Assembly: GCA_037139335.1 (NCBI GenBank)
Contig: JBAXGO010000001.1
Span: 4,503 to 68,502, forward strand
Length of the DNA: 64,000 nucleotides
From: a bacterium
GTDB taxonomy: Bacteria; Patescibacteriota; Dojkabacteria; JAOAGR01; JBAXGO01
Direction: 5' to 3'
The notes beneath the pieces are model-generated. The model had not been told where the DNA came from, made no database searches, and was given only the letters and a program-made list of their open reading frames with translations. The first letter of the stretch is position 1, and each line of letters begins with the position of its first letter. Below, in pieces: positions 8,599-20,211 of the stretch. The position numbers and the translations under genes are program-made.

Positions 8599-10527
8599 AT
8601 GGCGAAAAAACTCGATATAAAAAACGTCTTGAATAAGGATGCAAAAAAAAACAGTAATTCTGTAGGTAATAATCCCACAAAACCAATAAAGAGATCCAAA
8701 TCTGGTCTTCCTCTTAATCTTAAAAATATGAGGAATCCCAAAAAATGGTATAAGAATCCTACTTTTTGGATTTTGATAGCTATTGGCTTTTCAATAATTA
8801 TTTTCAAAACAGCTGTGGTTGAACCTCCTACAAAAACTGTAGATTATGGAGCATTTATTGCTGCTGTTAAAGATAAAAAATATACTAAAGTAACTGTTTT
8901 TGATTACAGTGCTGTCGGTACAAAAGAAGATCAAAAATCTACTGATACCGTTGGTATTCCAAATAAATCATCTTTCTCACAAAGTTTAAAAGACGCAGGT
9001 ATACCTGTTACTGAATCTGGAATTACATATGATCAGCCTGCTGCTGTAGATATTTTCCCTTTACTTGTGAATGTTGGTTTAACAATTGGTGCAATCTTAC
9101 TTTTAATTTATTTCTTATCAAAGCAGGGAGGGGCAGGTGGTGGTTCTTCTGGTATATTTGGTATGGGCGAAAGTAAGGCTCGAATGATTTATGGAAAAAA
9201 ACAAGATATTAATTTCGATTCTGTTGCTGGTATAGATGAATCTAAGGATGAATTAAAAGAAGTTGTAGATTTTCTCAAGAATCCACAAAAGTACACGCGT
9301 ATGGGCGCTAGAATCCCAAAGGGGGTGCTTCTAGTAGGGCCTCCAGGAACAGGTAAGACATTATTAGCCAGAGCTGTTTCTGGTGAAGCAGGTGTTCCTT
9401 TCTTTTTCACATCAGGTGCTGAATTTGAAGAATTATTAGTTGGTGCAGGAGCCGCACGTGTTAGAGATCTTTTTGCTAAGGCCAAAAAAGCATCTCCATC
9501 AATTATTTTTATTGATGAAATTGATGCTATGGCTCGAAAAAGAGGCTCTGTAATACAATCTACAGCAACTGAACAAACCTTAAATCAGATACTTGTTGAA
9601 ATGGATGGATTTGATAATAACACTGGAATTCTTGTTTTAGCTGCTACAAATAGAGCTGATGTATTAGATCCAGCTATATTAAGACCAGGTAGATTTGATA
9701 GAAGAGTAACTTTAGATTTGCCTGACAAAGATGCTAGAAGACAGATACTTGATGTTCATGTGAAAAATAAACCATTATCAAAAGAAATTGATTTGGACAT
9801 TATTGCCAGAAGAACTGGAGGATTTTCAGGTGCTGATATAGAAAATATGCTCAATGAGTCCGCTATTATTACAGCCAAAGAAGGCCGATCTGAAATTACA
9901 AATAAGGATATAGAAGAAGCTGTCGCCAAAATAATGGTTGGTCCTGCCAAAAAAACAATGGCTACAGATAAAGATCGAAAAATTATTGCTTATCATGAAG
10001 CTGGTCATGCTATTGTTGGATATATGACAGGAGCTGATAGAGATGTACATAGAATTACTATTATTGCCAGAGGAAGTGCCGGTGGATATACAGAATACAT
10101 CCCTCATGATGATGATAAATTGATGTCAAAAGAGAAAATGACTTCTATGATTACTAGTGTTCTTGCTGGAAATGCAACAGAAAAATTAATTTTCAATGAC
10201 ACTACGACTGGAGCTTCAGATGATTTTGAAAAGGCAACATCTATTGCAAGACGAATGATTACTAAGTATGGAATGGGTGATATTGGTCCAATGGTTTTAT
10301 CGGATGGTGATGATACATATTCTATGACATATGGAATGAGAAAGGAGTTCTCAGAAAAAATTGCTGAAGAAGTCGACAGAAATGTTCAGAGACTTCTTAA
10401 TGAATGTTATGATAATGCTACTGAACTTCTCAAAAGATATAAGGTTAAACTTGAAAGAGTTGTGCAGGTTTTGTTTGAAAAAGAAACTATTGAAGGAGAA
10501 GAATTCAAGGCTATTATGGCTGAATAA
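8599..10527 (+). CDS. ftsH: ATP-dependent zinc metalloprotease FtsH
   Basis: Two TM helices, GPPGTGKT, FIDEID, RPGRFDR, HEAGH. Confidence 0.98.
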   Translation: MAKKLDIKNVLNKDAKKNSNSVGNNPTKPIKRSKSGLPLNLKNMRNPKKWYKNPTFWILIAIGFSIIIFKTAVVEPPTKTVDYGAFIAAVKDKKYTKVTVFDYSAVGTKEDQKSTDTVGIPNKSSFSQSLKDAGIPVTESGITYDQPAAVDIFPLLVNVGLTIGAILLLIYFLSKQGGAGGGSSGIFGMGESKARMIYGKKQDINFDSVAGIDESKDELKEVVDFLKNPQKYTRMGARIPKGVLLVGPPGTGKTLLARAVSGEAGVPFFFTSGAEFEELLVGAGAARVRDLFAKAKKASPSIIFIDEIDAMARKRGSVIQSTATEQTLNQILVEMDGFDNNTGILVLAATNRADVLDPAILRPGRFDRRVTLDLPDKDARRQILDVHVKNKPLSKEIDLDIIARRTGGFSGADIENMLNESAIITAKEGRSEITNKDIEEAVAKIMVGPAKKTMATDKDRKIIAYHEAGHAIVGYMTGADRDVHRITIIARGSAGGYTEYIPHDDDKLMSKEKMTSMITSVLAGNATEKLIFNDTTTGASDDFEKATSIARRMITKYGMGDIGPMVLSDGDDTYSMTYGMRKEFSEKIAEEVDRNVQRLLNECYDNATELLKRYKVKLERVVQVLFEKETIEGEEFKAIMAE

Positions 10528-10548
10528 TGCTTTGTTTATAAATATAAT

Positions 10549-10580
10549 AAAGGCTTAGTGAAAATCTAAGCCTTTTTTTT
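10549..10580 (+). terminator. Intrinsic terminator after ftsH
   Basis: AAAGGCTTAG/CTAAGCCTTT hairpin plus T-tract. Confidence 0.8.
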
Positions 10581-10620
10581 ATTAAATTATATTGTTGAAA
10601 AATATTTAGTTGTACAAGTT

Positions 10621-11064
10621 ATGAGAAAAAGAGCTACAGGAATGTTAATTCATCAGGACAAGATTTTGATGATTTATCGTAAAAGAAGGCATGAAGAATT
10701 TTATTACTTACCAGGAGGTCAAATAGAAATTGACGAGAATCCTTTTTATGCTTGTTATCGTGAAATGTATGAAGAAACTGGTGTAGTTATCAAAAATCAT
10801 AAATTAGTTTTTGAATATCATCATATTGATGAATATGAAAATCTTAATAATTATGAGTACTATTTTACTATAAATGAATTTGATGGTGAGCCTGAATTAT
10901 ATGCTAACGGGGATCATTCTGATTTAGAAGCTAAGGCAAAAATGACTGATGATAATTTTTATACATTAGAGTGGGTTGATATTATGAAAATTGATGACAT
11001 AATAATTAAGCCTCATGCCATTAAGGATAAAATTAAAGAAGAACACAGCAGATTATGTTTTTAG
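10621..11064 (+). CDS. NUDIX hydrolase
   Basis: Nudix box PGGQIEIDENPFYACYREMYEETG. Confidence 0.92.
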   Translation: MRKRATGMLIHQDKILMIYRKRRHEEFYYLPGGQIEIDENPFYACYREMYEETGVVIKNHKLVFEYHHIDEYENLNNYEYYFTINEFDGEPELYANGDHSDLEAKAKMTDDNFYTLEWVDIMKIDDIIIKPHAIKDKIKEEHSRLCF

Positions 11065-11630
11065 AAAATTATGAAGAAATTACAGATTGTATTGTTATAG
11101 ATACCGAAACCGTAACCGATGAAATAACTAGGATATCAAAAGTGTGGGAAATCGGACTACTTGTTATCAAAGATTCTCAAATTATTGAAAAAGCAGAATG
11201 GTTGATTTCTCCAGATGCTAAATTTGAAAAACTTGATATTTGGTATCCAGAAGATCACATCTCTATTGAACAAATTAAAGCCAGTCCGAAGTTTATTGAT
11301 TTATATATTGAGTTTGAAAAATATCTACATCCTGATTTTGTAATCTGTGGGCATAATATTGATTACGATATTCGTATGATAAATCAAGAATTAGTAAAAA
11401 TAAAAAAACCATTAATTGGCAAACAAAAAGTTGATACTATCCGTATGGCCAGATTGGTGCATCCTGAATGGACGCATTATAAGCTTGATAATTTATCAGC
11501 TGAATATGGTTTGGAAATTGAAAATAGACATCGTGCCCTAGATGATGCCCATGCTACTGCGTTAGCTTTTCTTAAGATGAAAGAAAAAATAATCAATAAA
11601 GCTGAAGCTGAAAATACTGGACTCTTTTAG
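11055..11630 (+). CDS. DEDDh 3'-5' exonuclease (DnaQ-like)
   Basis: ExoI DTET, ExoII GHNIDYD, ExoIII HRALDDA. Confidence 0.92.
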   Translation: MFLENYEEITDCIVIDTETVTDEITRISKVWEIGLLVIKDSQIIEKAEWLISPDAKFEKLDIWYPEDHISIEQIKASPKFIDLYIEFEKYLHPDFVICGHNIDYDIRMINQELVKIKKPLIGKQKVDTIRMARLVHPEWTHYKLDNLSAEYGLEIENRHRALDDAHATALAFLKMKEKIINKAEAENTGLF

Positions 11631-11822
11631 TTAAAAGTTAGGAATTGAAAATTGAAAGTTACGAGTTAAAAGTTTGTAATGGTGTCCTCCGGATTTGTCA
11701 TCTCGAATGAAATGAGAGATCCTGTTGAATGAATTTATCGCCAAGTTACTGCTAATCCGTATGACGTAGAACCCAACATTTTATAATTAATCTACTTACT
11801 TTTAATTCTTAACTTTTAATCT
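11630..11822. repeat. Composite repeat: inverted heptamer-like arms around a GTCATC-type palindrome
   Basis: AGTTAAA/AATTGAA-like tandem units on the left, complementary units on the right; TGTCATCTCGAATGAAATGAGAGATC at 11696-11721. Confidence 0.55.
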
Positions 11823-11847
11823 ATAATTGACACAATGAATAAAATAT

Positions 11848-14445
11848 ATGAAAGAAAAATTAGTACTAATTGATTCAATGGCTCTTATACATAGAGCGTT
11901 TCATGCATATCCAGGACTGACAACTACAGATGGTGTCTTAGTTAATTCCGTTTATGGCTTCGGAGTTATGTTTCTTCAAATATTAAAAAATATTAAACCA
12001 GAACATGTCGTATTTACATCAGATTTAAAAGAAAAAACCGTTAGACATGACAAATATGAAGACTATAAAGCGAATCGTGCGCCTATGGATGAAGGTTTGG
12101 TTAGTCAACTTGAAATAGTCTATGATTTTATTAGATCTACCGGCTTACCTTTGTTTACGAAAAATGGCTATGAAGCTGATGATATTATTGCATCACTAGC
12201 CACGAAATATTCCAATGATTATGATGTCAGAATTGTAACAGGAGATAAAGATCTTCTTCAAATATTAAGTGATGACATTAAGGTCGTTCTTCCAGGAAAA
12301 TCTTTTTCGGATATGAAAATATATACACCAGAAATTTTTAAAGAAAGATTTGGATTTGATTCTATTAATTATATTTATTATAAGGCTTTGCTCGGTGACG
12401 CTGGTGATAATATTAAGGGAGCTAAGGGTATCGGAGAAAAAACAGCGACGGATCTCATCAAAGAATACTATACCCTAGGGGGTATATATGAAAATCTTGA
12501 TAAGATTAAAGAAAGATATCAAAAAATACTAAATGAATATAAGGATCATGTATTTGAAAATATAGAACTAGTTGAAGTTCACAAAGATTTAGATTTGGAA
12601 ATAAATGAAGATCAATCTCGTGTTCAAAATTTTGACTTAAAATCTACAATTGATTTCTTTAAAAAATATGAATTTAATTCTTTAATTACTCAAATTCAAA
12701 AACTTGGATTAAAAATTGATAATAGTATTGTAATAGAAGAAAAAAATAAAATTATTTTTACTTTAAACGATGATAAAAAAAATGAATATGTTAATTTTAT
12801 AAAATATAAGGAGAAATATATTTGCTTTGATGATAATTATAATTACCAAATTTCAAATGATATTCCATCTTCGGGAATTACGTTTAATCTGAAAACTTTT
12901 TTGAAAAAAAAAATGTTGCAAGAAAATAATGCAACATCTTTTGATGGCTTATTTAATGATGTTGTTGAAAATAAAATTGATAATAATCTAGAGACAATAA
13001 AAGATAGAATTTCCAAATATGATGATTTGCAGATAATGGCTTATTGTATGGATACTTCTTTCTGTGAAGATTATGTGGTCAAGTTGTATAAAAAAATATT
13101 TCATAAAAATATTGATGATGCGTTTGAAGTATCTGGCGAAAATATCGATAACCAAATTTTACTATCAATCCTGGCTTTTATTGAAATAAAAAAGAAAGTA
13201 AAAAAAGAAATTGGTGAAAAAGAACTTAATGTGTACAAAAATATTGATCTTCCGCTAGTGCCAATTATAGCGGAAATGGAGGATGTTGGTATGAAAGTTG
13301 ATGTAGATTATATTAAGAGTCTTCAAACACAGTTTGATGTCAAAATTAATGAATTAAAGAAAAAAATATTCGAAACTATTGGTCACGAATTTAATCCAAA
13401 TTCAACTAAGGAACTTTCTCATGTTTTATTTGAGGAACTTGGTCTTCCAAAAATGAAAAAAATAAAGACTGGTTTTTCTACAAACGAAAGAACAATAAGC
13501 AAATTGATAGGTGTGCATCCCATTATTGAATTGATTTTAGAATATCGTGAATATACTAAGTTACAAAGTACATATGTGATAGGTCTGCAAAAATTAATTG
13601 TTGATGGGAAAATACATACAGAGCTTAAGCAGGCCGTTGTTGCTACTGGTCGTTTATCTTCTGTTAATCCGAATTTACAGAATATTCCTACTCGAAGTGC
13701 TATTGGTGAGCAAATAAGAAAAGTTTTTATCGCGGACCATAGTTGTCTTTTGTTATCTATGGATTATTCTCAGATCGAATTGCGTTTGATGGCTCATATT
13801 AGTGGTGATGAAAAATTTATTGAAGCATTTAAAGATGCTAAAGATATTCACACGAATACTGCGTCATTAATGTTTAATGTTGCTGAAGAAGATGTTAGTT
13901 CAGAGCAGAGAAGAGTAGCTAAAATGATTAATTTTGGGATCATATACGGCATATCCGACTTTGGACTTTCTGATCGGCTTGGTAATATTGATGTGAAAAC
14001 AGCAAAAGAATTTATACAAAAATATTTTGAAAGATATCCAATGGTTGAGGAGTATTTTGAAAAAATAAAAAAAGAAGTTAAAGAAAATGGCTATGTAGAA
14101 ACGATATTCGGTAGACGAAGATATTTTAATATTGAAGCTGGAAATTACATGGTTAAACAGGCTATGTATCGAGAGGCTATAAATATGCCTATTCAAGGAG
14201 CAGATGCTGATATTGTAAAAATGGCAATGATAAAAGTTCAAGATCTTATTAATAAAAAATATTTGGGCAAAGTTCAAATGTTGCTTCAGATTCACGATGA
14301 ACTTCTTTTTCAAATTGTTGATGATGAAAAAATTAAAAATGATTTTGAATCTGAGGCAAAACAAATTATGGAAAGTATTGTTGAATTGAAAGTCCCGATG
14401 ATAGTTAATATCAAGTCTGGTATAAATTGGGGCGAAATGAAGTAA
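11848..14445 (+). CDS. polA: DNA polymerase I
   Basis: 5'-3' exo domain (RAFHA, GYEADD, GDAGDNIKG), pol A motifs (TGRLSSVNPNLQNIP, DYSQIELR, QIHDEL). Confidence 0.97.
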   Translation: MKEKLVLIDSMALIHRAFHAYPGLTTTDGVLVNSVYGFGVMFLQILKNIKPEHVVFTSDLKEKTVRHDKYEDYKANRAPMDEGLVSQLEIVYDFIRSTGLPLFTKNGYEADDIIASLATKYSNDYDVRIVTGDKDLLQILSDDIKVVLPGKSFSDMKIYTPEIFKERFGFDSINYIYYKALLGDAGDNIKGAKGIGEKTATDLIKEYYTLGGIYENLDKIKERYQKILNEYKDHVFENIELVEVHKDLDLEINEDQSRVQNFDLKSTIDFFKKYEFNSLITQIQKLGLKIDNSIVIEEKNKIIFTLNDDKKNEYVNFIKYKEKYICFDDNYNYQISNDIPSSGITFNLKTFLKKKMLQENNATSFDGLFNDVVENKIDNNLETIKDRISKYDDLQIMAYCMDTSFCEDYVVKLYKKIFHKNIDDAFEVSGENIDNQILLSILAFIEIKKKVKKEIGEKELNVYKNIDLPLVPIIAEMEDVGMKVDVDYIKSLQTQFDVKINELKKKIFETIGHEFNPNSTKELSHVLFEELGLPKMKKIKTGFSTNERTISKLIGVHPIIELILEYREYTKLQSTYVIGLQKLIVDGKIHTELKQAVVATGRLSSVNPNLQNIPTRSAIGEQIRKVFIADHSCLLLSMDYSQIELRLMAHISGDEKFIEAFKDAKDIHTNTASLMFNVAEEDVSSEQRRVAKMINFGIIYGISDFGLSDRLGNIDVKTAKEFIQKYFERYPMVEEYFEKIKKEVKENGYVETIFGRRRYFNIEAGNYMVKQAMYREAINMPIQGADADIVKMAMIKVQDLINKKYLGKVQMLLQIHDELLFQIVDDEKIKNDFESEAKQIMESIVELKVPMIVNIKSGINWGEMK

Positions 14446-14489
14446 ATCTTTTTCATCGGTGTGTAAGAATAAGTTGGTGGTAATTAATT

Positions 14490-14518
14490 AACTCTCGTAT
14501 AAAACCGAGAGTTTTTTT
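14490..14518 (+). terminator. Intrinsic terminator after polA
   Basis: AACTCTCG/CGAGAGTT hairpin plus T-tract. Confidence 0.75.
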
Positions 14519-14882
14519 GCTATATTTTTGTGATTGGAAGTATTTTTAGAATACTTGTTAATATACGGAATAGTTTTTTCTCCTTGGTTCTTAGTATTTT
14601 GAATCCGTTTAGAAATACACAATCACTTTCTCTGCTTAAAAGCTAAGTTTAGAAATTCTAAATATATTTGTTTAATAAAACACTTGGTTGTTGCAATTAA
14701 ATAAACAAATTTTCCTTATCCTAAAAAATCCAAGTAGTCTCCAAGTTTATTCACTAATCTATCCACTAATAAAAAAGCATGTTACGCAAAAGGCGGTGTC
14801 GATATAAGGCGACAAGCAATCCTGTCTGTAAAAAAGACAACTCTTTACTTTTATAAAATCTATAGTCTTGATGGTATAATTA

Positions 14883-16001
14883 GTGCTTATGGAAAAAACA
14901 TTTTTAAAACACAAAATAGTTGTTGGTATGTCTGGAGGAGTCGATAGCTCTGTGGCGGCAGTTCTTCTGAAAGAGGAGGGTTATGATGTTATTGGTGTTC
15001 ACATGAAATATTGGTCCGAAAAAGACGAATTCGAGCTTTGTGATACTGGTATTGTCAATAATGATCCATCGAAGGCAAATGCATGTTGTTCGATTGATTC
15101 GCTTGAGGATGCTCGTCGTGTATGCGCGAAATTGGAAATCCCATTGTATGTTGTGGATTTGAAGGGTGAATTCAAAAAGAAAATTGTAGATACTTATATT
15201 GAAGATTTGAAAATTGGTTTGACGCCTAATGCGTGTGTTATTTGTAATAGAGATGTTAAGTTCGGGCTTCTGATGGATTATGCTGAGTCTATTGGGGCGG
15301 AATATGTTGCCACTGGTCATTATGCTCAAATTTATAACGATGAAAAAATTGATCGGTATGTTTTGAAAAAGGCTGTAGATGAAAACAAAGACCAGTCCTA
15401 TTTTTTATCGCTGTTATCACAAAAACAACTTTCGAAGATTAAATTGCCTTTAGGTACATTAACAAAAGATAAAGTTAGGGAAATTGCATCGCAGTATGGT
15501 TTGGTAAATTCGAAAAGAAGAGATAGTCAGGATTTATGCTTTATTGCTAATGATTATAAGACTTTCGTGCAAAAATATGCACCTAGTAAATCTGGAGATA
15601 TTATTTTGAAAGAAAGTGGTAAAAAAATTGGAACTCATGATGGGTTATCTCTCTATACAATTGGACAGAGGAAGGGCCTTTCTACGATTATAAATAAACC
15701 ATTATATGTGAGCTTTAAAGATTATGGTAATAATGTATTAGTGGTTGATTATAATGCAGTTAATGACAATACAAAGGTTATTTTAAAAGATTTTAACTGG
15801 ATAAAAATTCCGAATAAGAACACAAAATTAAATTTTGTTGGACGTTATCAAGGAATCGGTCGAGTAGTTGATTCGATAACTCATGATGGTTATGATGTTG
15901 TGGTGGGTTTCAACGACTCTGGTGTCAAATTTTCAGCTGGGCAGATCGGAGCGTTGTATGAAGGAGATATTTTAATCGGGGCTGGAAAAATAATAGACTG
16001 A
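14883..16001 (+). CDS. mnmA: tRNA 2-thiouridylase MnmA (start may be ATG 14889)
   Basis: MSGGVDSS, TPNACVICN, ATGHYA, KDQSYFL, SQDLCF, TIGQRKG. Confidence 0.96.
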   Translation: MLMEKTFLKHKIVVGMSGGVDSSVAAVLLKEEGYDVIGVHMKYWSEKDEFELCDTGIVNNDPSKANACCSIDSLEDARRVCAKLEIPLYVVDLKGEFKKKIVDTYIEDLKIGLTPNACVICNRDVKFGLLMDYAESIGAEYVATGHYAQIYNDEKIDRYVLKKAVDENKDQSYFLSLLSQKQLSKIKLPLGTLTKDKVREIASQYGLVNSKRRDSQDLCFIANDYKTFVQKYAPSKSGDIILKESGKKIGTHDGLSLYTIGQRKGLSTIINKPLYVSFKDYGNNVLVVDYNAVNDNTKVILKDFNWIKIPNKNTKLNFVGRYQGIGRVVDSITHDGYDVVVGFNDSGVKFSAGQIGALYEGDILIGAGKIID

Positions 16002-16003
16002 AA

Positions 16004-16690
16004 ATGTTTGGATTTTTTGGGCGAGGTGAAAAACTGAAAGATGAAGCTCGTACAAAAGTAGCTCCAGAGCTATTAATGTCTGTTTTTGATTCATTTATGA
16101 TTAAGTATGGTGAGGATCCGAATTCTTTTCCAAAGAGTACTTTTGCGCGACTGGATATAGAAATAAAAAATAGTATACGCACTGCTTTTGCCTCGTCTTA
16201 CACTTCTTTTTCTCAAGCTAGTGTCTTTTTGAAACATATGCATTGTGGTTCTGATGGCTTATATCCGTTTGGCTTTAATATTGATCGGACTGGGTTTCCT
16301 TTTCAAAAATTAACTTCCAATCAAGTTGTCATGATCATGGCGAATGTAGATCCGCCGTACAATACTATAGACGGGAAAACGGAATCGAATTCCATTATTG
16401 GCTTTTTTGGCGTTAAAGGAAAAGAACTTTTTTATCTAAGTAGTGCTGGAGGGGGTAGATTTAGTAAGGAATTTGCTCACTCTAGATCGGGCTATGATTA
16501 TATGATTAAGTCAAGTGGTGAAAAAAATATATTTTGGTGGTTGAAGGATGATGATGGTGGTGAAGTTGATGAAACAAATAGTCGTGTATTGAGTAGTGTG
16601 CGTTTATATGTCTTTGAAGTAGGGGGCGATGGTGCTCGCAGTGGCGTTGAAAAACATGCAAGGTTTTCGATGCAATCCTCTCGACTTTAG
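16004..16690 (+). CDS. Hypothetical protein
   Basis: 228-aa ORF starting 2 nt after mnmA; no motif recognised. Confidence 0.65.
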   Translation: MFGFFGRGEKLKDEARTKVAPELLMSVFDSFMIKYGEDPNSFPKSTFARLDIEIKNSIRTAFASSYTSFSQASVFLKHMHCGSDGLYPFGFNIDRTGFPFQKLTSNQVVMIMANVDPPYNTIDGKTESNSIIGFFGVKGKELFYLSSAGGGRFSKEFAHSRSGYDYMIKSSGEKNIFWWLKDDDGGEVDETNSRVLSSVRLYVFEVGGDGARSGVEKHARFSMQSSRL

Positions 16691-16860
16691 GATTTTTTTA
16701 ATAAAATTTATATTACTTTTGTGCTAAAAAACCCATCAAATTTGATTAAAAAAGGCTATAGAATTTTATAAAAACTGTTATTATTTTATTACGAAAGGAT
16801 AAAATAAATATTAATTTTTTTTAATGCTGATTTGTTCATTATTTATGCGGTATTAGGGTG

Positions 16861-16889
16861 TTGACAATAGTATTTCAAACTGATATTAT
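16861..16889 (+). promoter_or_regulatory. Sigma70 promoter of 16S rRNA
   Basis: TTGACA-17 nt-TATTAT with extended -10 TG and an AT-rich upstream element. Confidence 0.85.
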
Positions 16890-17021
16890 CACGATGCTTT
16901 ATCAAAACTAAAGCGTTTTTCAATAAGGTTTTCTGATTGAAATCCCAAATGATCATTAACAATCTACAAGTGGTAAGAGTGCAATTTGAAACATAATTGC
17001 AAAAATATTTTTTCGTCAATT

Positions 17022-18603
<1,582 letters not shown>

Positions 18604-18880
18604 TTAAAGGAGCTTTGAATCAGATCACACTGATTCATCAAAAATTTATAAAATACATTGTAATTCGATTGAAAAAATACTCTTACCGCTTGTAGGCAGT
18701 TAATGATCTTTTTTCTTTTTCAAAGTTAAAAAGTTCATAAGTTAAATAGGTTAGTATGTTATTGTTACCCTGAGCTTGTCAAACCAACACCATGACAACT
18801 ATTTTTGTTAAATTTTCTTCACTAGTTTTTTCTTCCTAAACGCATTACCATTTACTCTTAACTTTTAATTCTTAACTGAT

Positions 18881-19222
18881 ATGCAGGTAATACTAAAAAG
18901 TGACTCCGTTGAGTACCATAATGCATCTTCATGTACAGCGATAGAATATCCATCAAATGAAAAAGATATTAATATTGCGGGAATTATTATAAACGGCCGT
19001 TATCCCGAAACTGGTCTTGCTTATAACAAGGTTTGTAAGCTCATGGCTTATGTAGTAAAAGGTAGTGGAAAACTTGTCGTAGAAAGCCTAGAGGTTGTCT
19101 TAAATATAGGTGATGTCGTTACTATTAATCCAATGGAAAAGTACTACTGGGAAGGCTCTATGGAGCTAATAATGCCAAGTGTACCAGCATGGACACCAGA
19201 TCAATATATACATGAGGAATAA
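18881..19222 (+). CDS. Cupin-fold protein
   Basis: YVVKGSGKLVV..LNIGDVVTINP cupin motifs; GRYP; C-terminal PAW. Confidence 0.8.
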   Translation: MQVILKSDSVEYHNASSCTAIEYPSNEKDINIAGIIINGRYPETGLAYNKVCKLMAYVVKGSGKLVVESLEVVLNIGDVVTINPMEKYYWEGSMELIMPSVPAWTPDQYIHEE

Positions 19223-19276
19223 ATCTTGAATATTAGATCGATAAAAGATAAATTCCGTGAAATTTAAATGATTTTT

Positions 19277-19734
19277 ATGGCTGAATTATTTACGCGTGAG
19301 TTATACGAAAAGATTAGTGATAATTCACATTATGTTTATGTAACTATACAAAAACGAGAATCCGAAGATGAGCAACCGAAAATCATGTTTTAGAGTTTAA
19401 TTTTGGAGCTATGCTTGGAGATAGATCTAAAATAATAATTAAGTCGTTATCAGAGTTGTTAAAACAAGGATATGCTGAAATTAGTAGAGGAGATCTTTTA
19501 TTCGAAAGACCTAAACAGGGTGAGGAAATAATTCAAAATGGTGATTCTTTTTTGAGAACACATTTCATTACGGTCACTGGAAATGAAAGCGGTTCAGTAG
19601 TTGAAAATGGGCGTAGAGCAACTTGTATGGCAATTCAAAATATTGTTGGAGATAATGTTGGTGTTGTAGGAAAAATTGGTTTTGAATCTCGTGTTGTTTA
19701 CGATACACAAAAAATACCTATAATTAAGCCTTAG
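19277..19734 (+). pseudogene. Frameshifted hypothetical gene (19277-19393 plus 19411-19734)
   Basis: 38-aa ATG ORF overlaps the open frame of the 107-aa ORF; one added A in CCGAAAATC (~19378) joins them. Confidence 0.5.
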
Positions 19735-19752
19735 AATATTGTTTAATAGTTA

Positions 19753-19781
19753 TTGATAATTATCAGCTTTACTGGTAACAT
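19753..19781 (+). promoter_or_regulatory. Promoter for the tRNA-Ile/tRNA-Ala unit
   Basis: TTGATA-17 nt-TAACAT with extended -10 TG. Confidence 0.6.
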
Positions 19782-19900
19782 TCTTTTGCTGTTTTTCAAA
19801 ACGGTTCTTTCTTTTTTGTAATATTTAGGAACTGTATTTAGGAAGACATAGATTGAGTTTATAGTATTCGTTATTGGCGGTTGCAGAAAGATATGGTTAC

Positions 19901-19977
19901 GGGCGATTAGCTCAGCTGGTTAGAGCGCAGTCCTGATAAGACTGAGGTCCTTGGTTCGAGTCCAAGACCGCCCACCA
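19901..19977 (+). tRNA. tRNA-Ile (GAT)
   Basis: Cloverleaf, anticodon loop CTGATAA, encoded CCA. Confidence 0.96.
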
Positions 19978-20055
19978 TTTGTCAGTTAACAGTTTAAAAT
20001 TAAAAATTAAGAGTTTTGGCACAGTATTCAGAAAAACAACTTTTAATTGATTTTG

Positions 20056-20131
20056 GGGCCCTTAGCTTAGCTGGTAGAGCGCCTCGTTTGCAACGAGGAG
20101 GTCAGGAGTTCGAATCTCCTAGGGTCCACCA
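20056..20131 (+). tRNA. tRNA-Ala (TGC)
   Basis: G3:U70 identity pair, anticodon loop TTTGCAA, encoded CCA. Confidence 0.96.
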
Positions 20132-20132
20132 T

Positions 20133-20165
20133 AAAGAAATCCCGTGAGGGATTTTTTGCTTTTTA
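20133..20165 (+). terminator. Intrinsic terminator after tRNA-Ala
   Basis: AAATCCC-GTGA-GGGATTT plus T-tract. Confidence 0.8.
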
Positions 20166-20211
20166 TAAAAACTTCACAGTAGAAAAATGTCTTTAGTGTT
20201 AATTTATTGTT

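Noticed and set aside
14520-14780. Possible minus-strand gene remnant between polA and mnmA
   Set aside because: Only ~50 open codons without a start; not supportable
13900-15329. Long antisense ORFs within polA and mnmA
   Set aside because: Typical antisense shadows of AT-rich coding sequence with no recognisable motifs
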